Shown piece by piece: positions 36,680 to 49,245 of a stretch of 60,000 nt of DNA. Location: positions 3,908,001 to 3,968,000 of the forward strand of contig NW_024704742.1 of assembly GCF_018977255.1 (NCBI RefSeq). The letters run 5' to 3'. Source of the stretch: Callorhinchus milii (taxonomy: Eukaryota). Made by a program: the position numbers and the translations under genes. The notes under the pieces were generated by a model. It worked only from the letters and a program-made list of their open reading frames with translations. It did not search any database and was not told where the DNA came from. Numbering within the stretch: the stretch's first letter is position 1; each line of letters begins with the position of its first letter.

Positions 36680-36978
36680 GCAGGGATTCTTCCCCCTCAG
36701 TTCCTGTTAACACTGAAAGCCAAAGCCCTAATCGGTAGGGTGGTCCTAGCTGGGCAAGCAGTGGATTGCTTACCAAGCAATGGCAAACCATGTATTTTTA
36801 GCTGTTTACATTTCAGGAGTACCCCAACACACACTCTCGGGCAACTCCAAGCCTTGGCTCTGGCCAAATTGAACCTAACACGAATTAGGTAAGCAGGATA
36901 GGTCCCTCTCGTCAGTGGAATTCAGCCTGGTTTGGATATTCTTAAACATGGTGCTGGGTTTCCACATGTGTCAGATTC
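36680..36978. repeat. Unidentified interspersed repeat, copy 2 (may extend left to about 36400)
   Basis: Homologous to 3860-4170. Confidence 0.7.
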
Positions 36979-37552
36979 CCAGCAAAAAAAAAAGGTTACA
37001 ACCAAGTCTGCTAATGGCAAAAGAAAGGTAAAGCGAATATCAAATAATTTAAGCTAAATGAATAAGAATAGTTGCAAAAATGAAGTTTAAAATGATATTG
37101 TCAGAGGAAGACTTCAATGACCCTTGAGAACCAATATTACAACTTGAGTACAAACCTGTCAGTTGTACAGCAACAAAGCTGGTTCCCATAGCGGAGCCTG
37201 AAGAAGAACTGGTTGATACATTCACTCACCTCTCAGTAATCTTAAGGATTTAATAGCTTTTTAAGTTCTCTTGATGACGTGCGTGTTAAGATAACTCTAC
37301 AGATAAGGGAACAAAGCGCTGTTAGGAATCAAACCCTGTCTGAGTTTCGTGGCGAATCTGACATTATGCAAGGGATGGAAGATCTAAACTATTCCAAACA
37401 GATTCTTTTTGTCTTCCCCAACCACAACAACAACCGCAACTCCCCCACCCCAGACATTCCAAGCCAACTCTACTTTTTATTTCAAATAGCATTTTGCCCT
37501 CAGTTGAACTTGTGATCACATAAAATAACTGTTGCCACCTCCCCAATTAACA

Positions 37553-37611
37553 AGAGGATCATGTGAAACAGAGGATCATGTGAAACAGAGGATCTTGTGA
37601 AACAGAGGATC
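37553..37611 (+). repeat. 17-bp tandem repeat (atgtgaaacagaggatc) x3.5
   Basis: Read directly. Confidence 0.95.
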
Positions 37612-37622
37612 TAAAAGTCTAT

Positions 37623-38013
37623 GGAGTTCTGTAGCTTTGTGTTTAGAGCACTCGCTTCACAAGCGAGAGGACCTGAGTTCGATTCCCGGGCAGGGCGAAA
37701 CACTGGGCAAGTTTCCTTATTCCACACGCCTCTGTTTATCCAGCAGTAAGTAGGAACCTGGTCATTAGTCGATTGGCGGATCACTTTTCCGGGGATAATA
37801 ATCACTGAAAAATAATAATAATATTAATAATTTGGTGACTCAATCGACGACTATTTTTGGAACACTGCTGTGCGCAATTGGCTGCCGTGTTTCACCCACA
37901 AATATACAGTCAATTCACTTTACAGTATATTCTGCGAAGCGCTTGGAGACGTCTAGAAGACGTGATAAGGCGCCATAACAAATGCAAGGATTATTATTGT
38001 TATTATTATTATT
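37623..38013 (+). mobile_element. SINE family A, full length
   Basis: Head, B box, core and (tta)n tail. Confidence 0.92.
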
Positions 38014-38654
38014 AAAAGTGCTAGGCAATTCCTATAATGTACTGACCTGATGGAATTGGAGTGTTGTGTTCTAGTGGGGCATCTCTCCTTATGATACACT
38101 GTGTTTGAAGGAGGATCAATGAGAATTCACCAGCAGGATATCTGGAATCATAAGACCACAAGAGAACGTGAGATGAAGAAGGCCCTTTGGCACATTTCAT
38201 GCCACCTTTCCAAAATATCCATCCTCCTGTCATCCCATCGAGCTGTGCTTTTCTTAAAAATGGCTTTTCTTAAAAAATGGCCTTCCTGCTAACCTGTTTC
38301 AGCTGTTGTTTACCCTCTGTGTGAAAAAATATTTCTTGATGTCTGTCCTGAAATTGTCCTTTTAACTCTAAACCTGTGTCCTCTTTTTCTGCTGCATCAA
38401 TATTGAAGGCACTTAACCATATTGAGGGGTTTGATAAGCTTGAGTTATATTTCCCAGCGCTAAGGAGGTAATCCTTAGCACTGTAGGGGGTAATCAGGTA
38501 CAGTTATCTATTGTATTAAAAGGAACTGACAAGATGGATAGGGAATAATTCGTCAGTCGAGAAGAATACTCCTGGAAATGAGCATGATCTGCTAATCTTA
38601 CTAAAAATGAAACCATGCATTTATGGTGCCAACACCAGAGCCAGACAGATCTGT

Positions 38655-38981
38655 GAAGTCCTGTAGCTCAGTGGTTAGAGCACTCGCTTTGCAAGCGAGA
38701 GACCTGAGTCCAATTCCAGGCAGGTCAGGGCGAGACCTTGGGCAAGTTTCCTTACTCCACACAGAGCCTAATAATAATTCCTCTAAAAAACAAAACAATA
38801 ATAAATTGGTCATTTTCAATCTACGACTGTTTGTGGGACATTGCTGTGCGCAATTGGCTGCCGCGTTCGCCCACAAAATATACAGTCAATTCACTTTACA
38901 GTGAAGCTGTGAAGCGCTTTGGGACGTTCTCCCGACGTGAAAAGCGCTATATCAACTGCAAGGATTATTATTATTATTATT
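38655..38981 (+). mobile_element. SINE family A, short variant
   Basis: gtcctgtagctcagtggttagagc head; lacks the central segment. Confidence 0.9.
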
Positions 38982-39663
38982 TATCCTGAACACACAAAGA
39001 CAGGCTTAGTTCATGAATCAAGCTGGTTATTGGAGGAAACTGTTGGAAGTTTCTATTTTCCATCATGAAAGTCAATGATTAAAAAAAAGTTGCTAAATGC
39101 ATGTGGCTGTAATGGCTTATCAGCAAAGAGTGATGTTGCTTGCCATGAAGCAAATTAAAAACACACAACACAACCAGCAAAATTATTGCATACAAGTGTC
39201 CAACGTTTGCAATGTGGATTTGTAAATATTTCATAAATATTAAATTGCAGATGTGTGACTCTTTTTCAAGACTCCATCCACTTCTGTGTTAAATGTTGTT
39301 ATGGATTCAGCTTTGATAGTCATTTGTCGCAAAGTATTCAATGTCCTATAAAGTCCTCTGTGTGTAAAAAAAATCTATTGAAACTCGTTAATTAACTCTT
39401 CCTATGACAAGTAATTCTGGGTTTATGACCCTTGTTACTGGTTTACAAACCAGTGGGAATCATTTTTCACAATACTCTCCTTTTACAACCTGTCAGGTTT
39501 GAAGATATCCACTACGTGCCTTCTTAACCATTTCTGTTCTAGTGAGAAGACACTTTTATAGCCTGATTGTGTAACTATAATCTCTCATCCTTGGTATTAT
39601 CAAATGAACAAACTGGTTTCCCATGGCTGTGGTGCCCTTTCTATAATGGGAGGCCCAGAATTG

Positions 39664-40736
39664 AGCAGAGAGCCCAGAGCATGAGGAGGGAACTGAGAGA
39701 GGAGAGTGAGAATTCTGTTAAGGAATTTGGTGAGAGTGGGAATTCTTCAGCAAGAGAGATACCAGAGAGCAAGAGAGAACTCTTTCATTCACTTGAAAAG
39801 TGGGAAATCCATCTTGAGGTAGAGGCAAACGTATATATAAGCAGGCAAACAAGTCAACAGTGAGGAGGATAGTAGCAGCCTGCAAATGGACGTAGACAAA
39901 CTGGTAAAATGGGCAGACATGTGGCAGATGAAGTTTAATGTGGAGAAATGTTAAGTGATGCATTTTGGGAGGAAAATGAGGAGAGGCAATATGAGCTAGA
40001 TGGTACAATCTTAAAGGGGGTGAAGGAACAGAGAGACCTGGGGGCTCATATAAAAAAATCTTTGAAGGTGGCAGGACAGGCAGATAAAGCCGTTAAAAAA
40101 GCATACGGGATACTGGGCTTTATAAATAGGGGCATAGAATACAAGTCAGGAAGTTATGATGAACCTTTATAAAACGCTGGTTGGGCCTCAGCTCGAGACT
40201 GGGTTTAGTTCTGGGCCCCACACTTTAGGAAGGATTTCAAGGCATTGGAGAGGGTGCAAAGGAGATTGACCAGAATGGTACCAGGAATGAGGGACTTCAG
40301 TAATCAGGTGCGGTAGAGAAGCCGGGATTATTCTCCTTGGAGCAGAGAAGGTTAAGAGGAGACTTAATAGAAGCTTTCAAAATTATGAGGGGATTCGATA
40401 GGGTGAACAAAGAGAAATTATTTCCACTGGCGGTGGGTCGTTGACCCGAGGGCACCGATTTAAAATAGTTGTTAAAAGAAGCAGAGGGGAGGTGAGGAGA
40501 AATTTTTTCACACAGCCAGTTGTTCAGATCTGGAATCCATTGCCTGAAAGGCTGGTGGAAGCCAATTCAATAACAACTTTTAAGAGAGAAGTAGATAATT
40601 ATTTGGGGAGGACAAGTTTGCAGAGCTATGGGGAGAGCGCGGGGGAGAGGGATTGAATTGGATAGCTCTTTTCAAAGAGGCTTTTCAAAGGGCTGAATGG
40701 CCTCCTTTAGTGCTGTATAATTCTATGATTCTATGA
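39664..40736 (+). mobile_element. Younger CR1 insertion (RT C-terminus and 3' UTR) with a non-RT 5' segment
   Basis: LVKWADMWQMKFN, QRDLGAHI..SLKVAGQ..AVKKAYGILGFINRGIEYKS, TRGHRFKI..RRNFFTQ; tail (attctatg)n; gaattg at both flanks. Confidence 0.9.
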
Positions 40737-40796
40737 ATTGCATGCAGTATTCCAACTAAAGCCTAAATATTTAACACGAATTGCTATATATATCTA

Positions 40797-41337
40797 TCTA
40801 TACTAATAACGACGAAATATCTGCGTGTCTGTCTGTCCACCGAGAATGCAATAACCGATTGACATAGAAACATGATTTATACCTCAGCAGAAAGGCCTTG
40901 CATGGGGGAGTATCATGGGTGTATACTTTTCTAATAAAGACAAAATGTCTGTGTCTGTTTACGTGTCAATAATGCAATAACAGATTGACATAAAGACATG
41001 ATTCAACCCTCATCGGAAAGGTCTTGCAGGGGAGTGTCATGGGCACTGTCATTTTGTTTTCCAGGGATCTCCTATCGTGAACTAAACAAGCTCATCACAC
41101 ATGTATGGACTCCAACAAGCAGTCCTCCCACAGGAGTCCTCCCCAAAGGATATGTGTGCAAATATGTGAACAAGGGATGCTGATGACTTCAATGGCACAT
41201 TTTCTTAATCTTAAGGGATAATGATGCCTAAGACGTGAAGATCAAGTCTTTCAAGGACAAATAAAAATGCCAGACGAAAGAGAGAAGATCGATTACAGGA
41301 AACTGGTTGCAAGCATAGCTGCAACGGGTACAGTTAG
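40797..41337 (+). mobile_element. Non-autonomous Helitron
   Basis: 5' TCTATACTAATAA after an A; subterminal hairpin gttgc-a-agc-ata-gct-gcaac (41306-41325); 3' TTAG (CTAG variant) followed by T. Confidence 0.7.
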
Positions 41338-41664
41338 TATATTATAATATTATATTTATTTAAATCCAACCATTCCACTTACTTTTTTTTGACTTTACTA
41401 GCTGTGCTGTTGATTTAAAGACCTGGGTATCCGCCGCACCCCTTAATTTCTCTGTTTCATCATTAAGAAGAATGCAATAAAAAATATTTGGCATTCAATT
41501 ATTTTCTATGTTCTCTCCCCCCCCCACCACCCCCATTTCTCAGAATGAAACAGTATCTGCCACCTGTCTGCCCACTCTGCTAAGTGGTCAATGACCTCCT
41601 GCAGTTTCTTGCATTCTTCCTCACGTATGCTATACATTGGTATCATCAGCAATCAATGCCTTAA

Positions 41665-41832
41665 AAAAAAATCGCTCAATCCACGACTGTGGGATATAGC
41701 TGTGCGCATTTGCCTGCCGCATTTTGACCACAAAATATATAGTCAATTAATTTTACAGCATATTCTGTGAGGCGGGTTCAAATGTCTCAAAGTCGTGAAA
41801 AGGTGTTATATTAAATGCAAGGATTATTATTA
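41665..41832 (+). mobile_element. SINE family A 3' half inserted in the old CR1
   Basis: ctcaatccacgactgtggg...aaatgcaaggattattat. Confidence 0.8.
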
Positions 41833-44800
41833 TATATATTATAAACTTAGAAATTGTTCTTATTATTCCAATTTTCAACTCATTAATATAAATGAAAAGG
41901 GATAGTAGTCTCAACACAATTCCCTGGAGCACGTCACCAACTACAAGTACTGTATATGCAGCCAATCCGACAGACATCATTTACCTCTAATCTGTGTCTT
42001 TTTGTAAAATATAACAAGGGAAACAGGAGGCTTGTAAATGTCACTGATCTTGAAAGGTTTACGGTAGTTCGAACGATGCCAAACGCAACTTCAAAATCTC
42101 AATCCCCTGCATTGACTAACGCTTTAGGTCAGCTTGGCATCATTTGCTCATAACTGTACGCATAGGTTTATGGCAACGAGAAAATGGAACCATCCATCAA
42201 ATGTCAGGTCAAAAATACATCCATCTACTCAAGTCTGACCTTTTCATTGAAAGGTTTTCCCAGCCCTAGGTAGATCGTCTGATCCTGAAAATTATGGTCC
42301 TTATCTTTGTTGAAATGAATGGGGTCAGGCATGTAGTTCTAATTGGGGAGGGGGTGTAGTGAATAAACTGAAAGTGATATGCTTGTCTGTTTGAACTGAG
42401 TGAACTGCCTCCTCCACCCACTAGTTATCTGAGAGACACGGTCCCAAGGGAAGAGGAGGAAAGAGGACGTTCAAAGGACTTCAAGGAAACAAAGCTCAAG
42501 TACTGTATTGGACTCAAAAGCTTGTGCTTAGATCTGAAATCGTATCTGCACAGAGCTAGCACAGTGGGGGATAAACTAGCACAGTCAGCAACACAACAAT
42601 ATCCATCCCGTGCATGTTGCGTAAACCTTTGTTTTATCCATAGAGGGAGAACAGGATAATGATATTATACACTGCAATTCTGGCTGTGAATTAAAAACAT
42701 ATTTCATCAATCTATGGGAAAAATCGCTTAACAATTCAAGGTTAGCAAACCTGGTGCAAACACAGCAGAGGAGGTGTTCAGAGTGGGGGGGGGGGGGGGG
42801 GGGAGAGGGGATGGGACTGTTTGTGAGTGCAAAGATCACTATTCTTTGTACAATTACAATCTTTGTTAAACCCTTTGTTCTTCTGTTGCTAAAAATAGTG
42901 TTTTCTTTACATCGGAAACACAGTGCAAGACTCTGCTGTACAGTTTCAAAAAAATACAGTAGCAATAATCCTTGCATTTGATAAAGCCTTTCACATCAGG
43001 AGATGCTTTGCAGGATAATAATAAAACAATGGTAGTAATAATAATCCTTGCATATGATATGGCGCCGTATTACGTCAAAGCGCTTCACAGAAAGTATGCT
43101 ATCAAGTGTGTATGTTGTGGGCAAAATATAATTGAAATTGCATTTGAATAAGTGATCCAAAACACTACCCCACGTGAAGGGCGCTATATAAATGCATGTA
43201 GTTGTTGTTGTATAAAGCACACGGGCACCCAAGCTGGGAGAGGAGAGGAGGGGAACTGAGGAAGGTTTGGTGGGGGGGGCAGGGCAAAGGGCCAGCTTCA
43301 TCCGACCAATCTTGTGATCTCGTGGTTCCAAGAAAATAGCAACGCTCAGGGCCTGAGTGGCACAAACTGCACACCTATCGCTGGTGTTCCTGAGGTGTTC
43401 CTAAAAACAAGCTTAGGAATGTTTTAGGAACCCCGCAAATTTTGGCCCATCAAACTTCCTGTATTGCTGTATCACTTTTTTTTCATTAATCCCATATTGC
43501 AGCGAATTCCCCATAACTTTCATCATTCCTGTGTTTACCCGCTCTCCTTGTGCACAATTTGTCTGATTCAGCCTCAGTAGTCACTCGTAGCATTGAACCA
43601 CCAAAGCCAAGCAACCTTCTGATTGAAGACGCTTCTTCTAACCTCTCTCGTAATTTTTTTCCCCGACTCCCGTGGGTTCGTAAAGAAGAAAGAAATCAGC
43701 CAGAACACACAGAACACACTGCAAAGTGAATTGACTGTGCATTTTGTGGGCGAATTCATAGGAAAATATTCTACCCAGAAGGAGGCCATTTCAGGCTTAT
43801 GGCTTGTGCCATTGCTGCCTGTTCTAAATCGCCTTTTTTTAAAAAAAATTCCAGTTCTCTCCACCCCCCCCCACCCCCTCTTCCGCCCCGTATCCCTTAA
43901 TGTTTCTGCTGCTCATATAGATATTTCCATCTCCCCGATGTCCCATCTGTTATTGTTAGCTTCAAGCTCGAACACTCCAGTCTGGGTGCCACCCAGTTCA
44001 GTTCACGGTTTGTCCCTCGTGTCTAATTTGAATGTTTTCAAGAACGTACCTGTATGAAATAATAACGATTTGGTGAGTGAGTAGCTCAGCACACATCTTA
44101 CAAGCTGGGCGTAGCGATTAATAATTTATAGATAATATTTCAGACAGAACTGTGCCCCAGTCAAAAACATTTACATGTACCCACAAGTCGCGGGTAGAAC
44201 TGTCAAAACATATTCAAGTAGATATTCGTCAATTGTTTCTTAACCTTGGCACACAGTTTTCTTTTTCCACGATTATGAAGACTTCTGTCTGAACAGTGAG
44301 TTACGAGCAAGCGAGGTGCAGGAAATCTCAGTGATGACAATAGATAGGGTGGGGGTGGATTTTCCTGCTCCATGTTCCTGTTTAAATGGATAGAAACAAG
44401 AGTGGGTGGAGGAGTCCTGCATACAGGAACATAAAACTATAAGCAATAGAACTGAGTGCAGTTGAGTACATGTAAGTGATGGTACTCACTGAATATTTCA
44501 TTTCTCCTGCTTCAGTTTTTAGTTCATACTTTACTCTGCTTTTTATCTCCTAGAGTGCCACTATGTAGGTACATAATAATAATAATAATAATAAAAATAT
44601 CCCTTAAATTTGGTAATCGTGCTTTTCAAGTCGGGAGGACCTCCCGAAGTGCTTCACAGGATCTGTGCAGTGGAGTGACTGTGTGTTGTGGGCGAACGGA
44701 ACCGACCTGACAAAAAAAAAATAGGTCAAGCTGGTCACAAGTCACTACACTTTTAGCTGCAACAGGATCGTGTGCATTCACTTGAGTTACGATAGTGTTT

Positions 44801-45307
44801 TTAGCGTCTTTACTTATTATAAGCTTATAGTTATATGACGAATTTCTTTGAGCTGTGGATTTGAGGGGCACTCTGTTTTTGTATGTTGTACTGTATAAAT
44901 ATAGTAACTGCTTAGGCAGGTTGGCTTTCCACATTTGCGACTCTAATATTGTCAGCCAAAATTGCTGTTGGCCTACTCTCTATCGCTCTCTCCCAGGCGG
45001 GTTTCAGCTGTCTCTAAGCCAATGAGCGAGAGGGGCCAAGAGGGAACTCCTCCCTTACTGTGGGAACATCTGATCTCAGGGCTTCCCCCCAAAAAATGGC
45101 ATATTCGTGATTGGAAGCTTGCCTCTTTGGGGATTATTTCCTTGACGTGGCACACAAGATTTCCAATGCATCGAAGGACATTGGATTCGTTTTTCAGCTG
45201 AGTAAATATTGTTCATCTGGTCAGTTCCAGTGACATTCATTCCCCATACGAGTAGGAAAATAGGAACAGGTGTAGACCATTCAGCCCGTTCCTCCAAGTG
45301 GATAATC

Positions 45308-45452
45308 ATTCGCAATTGGCTACCGTGTTACGCCCACAAAATGCACAGGTCAATCCACTTTACAGTATATTCTGTGAAGCACTTTTGTCTCAACAATGTG
45401 ATAAAGCGCTATATCAAATGCAAGGATTATTATTATTATTGTTATTATTATA
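45308..45452 (+). mobile_element. SINE family A 3' fragment
   Basis: cgcaattggctacc...aaatgcaaggattattatt. Confidence 0.8.
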
Positions 45453-45699
45453 ATAACAACAGCTATTTAGCAGTAAGCTCCTGACTGATTTTAATGAATA
45501 GTGTGTTCTTAAAAAATCTACGGGGTAACAAAAACGTGGTGTCTCTTAACAAATTCAACGTATTATTGAATCAGTTAAGAAACATCTCACTTTTAACCTC
45601 TGTATCTGGAACTGTTTTTTCTTCTATAGGTTCCTTTGCTGAAGATAATTGATTCCTTTTTCCTCCTTTAGGATACAGCTCCATATCATTGAAACGTTG

Positions 45700-45965
45700 A
45701 CCTCTGGGGCACCCGACCCAAAGTGATCATTGTTTGTTTGTGAGCCTTTATAGTCCACGCTGGCAGGCTGTTTCGCTGCACGCACGGAGCAGCACAGCTC
45801 AAGTTGTCCTTGCCCAGCAGTGTCCACACACGTCGACCACAGCAGATTGCTGAATCGGGAACCCAAGCTTATTTTCCCCATCCCCAACTGGAGCACTGAG
45901 CCGAGTATAAGCGCTTGTATCGCTGCCCGGGTTGAGCTCAGTAGAGGGTGGCCACAAAGCTCTCT
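45700..45965 (-). mobile_element. Ancient SINE relic (same tentative family as 16285 and 18105)
   Basis: Minus strand ggctcagtgctccagttggggatggggaaaataagc resembles ggcttcagtgcgtctgggctgggacgtggggactaatc at about 18145. Confidence 0.4.
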
Positions 45966-47704
45966 TACCCCCTGTTACGAAACAGCGATACAAGACCACG
46001 GGGGGAGCTGACACAAGCTGTCGAGGATGCCTTTCGTCGCGTCACTCCATCGTGTTGCGGAAGTGTCACACCGAACACGGCCCTGGATCGTAATCATTGT
46101 CTGCCATGAAAGTGATGGGCGCTCACTCAAACCGATCCACTGGACGTCTAAATACAGTGAAACACTTGTACTGAATACATTTAAGTACTTCTAAATACAA
46201 TTATCATCATTCTTCCAGACGTTTCAGTTGTTGGTCAGTGCGCTGTAGAGAACAAAAGTGAGGTAACAGGACTTTGCATTTCCCCTCCCCGCCCTTCTCT
46301 CGCCCCTGACCCCAGCGCGGGTCTGAAATGCTGTACACTGTCCAGCGCCCTGGGACGTCCTCTCAACGTGAAAGGTGCTATACACATGTAATCTTGTTGT
46401 TGTTGTTTGTGGATAACCTGTACAGTCTAGGGACTGAAGTTGGCACCGTCATGATCTATATAGCTCTGAGATACCCTCAATGAGCTATCAGAGAAGCCAA
46501 GAAGAGGTACTTAAAGGTAAAACATACAGTCAATTCACTCTACAGTATATTCTGCAAAGAGCTTTGAGACGTCTCGAAGATGTGAGAAGGCGCTGTATCA
46601 AATGTGAGGATTATAATTAATGTTAAAGTACTTACAGGTATTGGAATAGAAGTTTTTGCATCAATTTCTGATTCACAGGGGATCTATTGCAAACCCCTGT
46701 ACAAAGATTTTCTGCTTAACAAAGCATGTGTTTTGTATCAATCCAGGCCTGCACGAGTTATTTCTGTCATTAGTGGCGAGGGGATTCGGTTACCGCACAG
46801 GCAGAATGACGCTGAGGAATCAGCTGATCTTGCGGGTTCATTTCAACACACGGATACTGAACAAAATGACTGTCAGGAAGTAGCACGCTCTGAAATACAA
46901 AAGGGTTGCAGGTTTCAGCCTTTGATCTACACCCGGCTTGCGACCCACTGAGTACTGAGCTTCAGTCATTCCCATCCACCGCCGCTTCCATTTTACTCAC
47001 GTTCCCAACTTTCAGTTCGGGATTTAGTCGTTTCAGAGTCCTGGCACTTACATGGTAAACGTTATAACAAATGTTTTGCTCGGACGTGATCTACAATAAA
47101 CTTTCACGGGGACAGTTTTCATCCACGGAGTCCGAAACCAATGCTTGCACTATCTGGCTCTATTGTTGCAATGTGAAAGGACAGTTACTCAAGACGCCTC
47201 CTCTAAGTTTCACCATTTACTGTATACAGCAGTATTGAAACTCTACACAAAAGGCCATCATAACATCAATGATCCTAGCACCGGTTTGTCTCAGGAACGT
47301 ATTTGATCTTTGAAAAATTTTAAAACAAAAACTTAATACCCGGCACTATAGAAATGCACACAATAAAACAGCTCTTCTGTCGAACCCTCTGTATGTATGG
47401 GTAAACTCTCCTACGTTTCATACACTGAAATCTTCAGCAAATGGCGTTACTGTACAGTTTGACTGAAAGCAAATTGCTGTAATATTATAATAAAGTAAGT
47501 GTTAATGGCTTTCAGGTGTGTTACAGCACCAACATGTCTTGGCTAGATGTAGGATCAATGCCTCATTGATAATCTCAGCTATTCTTTCCTAGAGGTTTGG
47601 GGGGGGAAAGAGGACAAAGTGAGAGCCGGTAACTTATTGCATCAGCTTGGTTCAGCTCGTAGCGCTGCTGTCTCTGGGTCAGACGTTAGTAGGTTCAAAC
47701 CCCA

Positions 47705-48128
47705 GCAACAACAATTTGCACTTTCATAGAACCTTACACCAACAGCATCTCAGAGCGCTTAACAATGGCGGAGTTTGATGCTGAGCCAGAAGGAGGGAGG
47801 AGATGACCCAAGAGGAAGGTCTTCAGATGCAAAGTGGAGGGAATGATGGAAAAAATTCCATAGTTTCCAGGCCCTGAGCAGGAGGCCAGAGCCGGCCAAG
47901 CGGACGCAGCAGGTAGTGCAAGCAGGTTGGAGAGGTATGAAGGAGCCTGGGGGTGCAGAGATTTGTACACAAGTCTGAGGATCTTGAAATCAATCCATTT
48001 TGCAATAGGGAGCCATGGCAAAGACCGGGGTCGGGGGGGGACGGAGTTTAGTGCCGGTGAGGATACGGGCAGCAGAGTTTTTATTAATTGGATTTTATGA
48101 ATGGTAGAGTTGGGGAGACCAATGAGGA
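47705..48128 (-). mobile_element. L2 LINE 3' fragment
   Basis: ORF 47734..48021 PWLPIAKWIDFKILRLVYKSLHPQAPSYLSNLL...HLKTFLL; terminal (ttg)n. Confidence 0.88.
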
Positions 48129-48131
48129 GGG

Positions 48132-48295
48132 AATCAAAAGTAGCTTTCCAAAGGGAAATGGATAAATACTTACAAAGGAAAAATTTTCAGGGCTATGGGG
48201 AAGAATGGGACTAGTTGGATGGCTCTTTCAAAAGAGCCGGCACAGGCAAAATGGGCCGAATGGCCTCCTTCTGTGCTGTAAGATTGTATGATTCA
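48132..48295 (+). mobile_element. CR1 3' end
   Basis: tgggccgaatggcctccttctgtgctgtaagattgtatgatt. Confidence 0.85.
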
Positions 48296-48869
48296 ATGAT
48301 AAAATGACGGTTCTTTCTTTACCAGGGTCGGGGTGGGGATAGAACTTGTGGGAGTGTTCATCTGGCTGATACGCCTCTCGTGGGAGCCATAGTTAGCAAT
48401 GAAAGGAAAAAGTGACCTGCGAGCAGAGCTGTGTCCTGTCACCCCCGCCCACCCACCCCCATGGTAGTGTGTAGCGAGGAAGGGATTAGTCAGAAAAAAC
48501 AGGGCTAAACAGGGTAATATCCTCTCATGAGAGAGCTTGTATCTGCATAAACACAATGTACTGTACATTAATGATGAAATGGGGATCTGTGCTACGTTTG
48601 TGTCTTTCATCATTGGACAGTGAGGTTTACAAAGCTCAATCCCTTTCCACTGACTGATGGAGTGACGAGACTTGGGGCAGAGGAGGGAGGAGAACCAGGG
48701 CCTGAGGGGACAATCCATCGGCCTTTCCACTCAGAGTCCAGGACATCAGGCATATTAAATGACATCAGTTTTTGTACCTTTCTAAAAGGACTCTCTGCCT
48801 TTCGTCACCATCCCCAGTCACCACCAGTTATCTTTGTCATTGTGTTACAGCCCCTCATGCAGCTGTAGT

Positions 48870-49245
48870 GGAGTCCTGTAGCTGAGTAGTTAGAGCACTC
48901 GCCTCGCAAGCGAGAGACCTGGGTTCGATTCCCAGCCAGGGCGAAAAGTTGGGCAAGTTTTCTTACTCCACGCTCCTCTGTTTACCCAGAAGTAAGGAGG
49001 AACCCGGTTGTTAGTTGATTGGCGAATCGCTTTTCTGGGGGTGAAAAACTCCTTCAACGAAATAAATAAATAAATTGGTCACTCAATCCACGACTGTTTG
49101 TGGGACGCTGCCGTGTGCAATTGGCCGCCACGTTTTGTTCAACAAATGCACAGTCAATTCACTTTACAGTATATTCTGTGAAGCCTTTTGAGACGTCTCA
49201 AAGACGTGATAAGGTGCTATATCAAATGCAAGGATTATTATTATT
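48870..49245 (+). mobile_element. SINE family A, full length
   Basis: Complete head with CTCGC-CTCGCAA-GCGAG anticodon arm (CGC, Ala), B box, core and tail. Confidence 0.93.

Larger units (their letters stand above)
39330..41990 (-). mobile_element. Old CR1 fragment broken by three later insertions
   Basis: Collinear pieces at about 39330-39663, 40735-40790, 41350-41652 and 41843-41990 (GDVLQGIVL..FIYINEL..ISKF | ADDT). Confidence 0.7.

Noticed and set aside
36680..36975. Assigning the unknown repeat to a LINE RT or SAP-domain protein
   Set aside because: Only vague motif resemblance; diagnostic residues are absent in both copies
42919..42957. V(D)J recombination signal (CACAGTG + 23 bp + aaaaaatac)
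   Set aside because: Poor nonamer and no adjacent V/D/J coding segment
48870..48942. tRNA-Ala(CGC) gene, and similar heads elsewhere
   Set aside because: No proper acceptor stem or terminator, and always followed by the SINE body, so these are SINE heads
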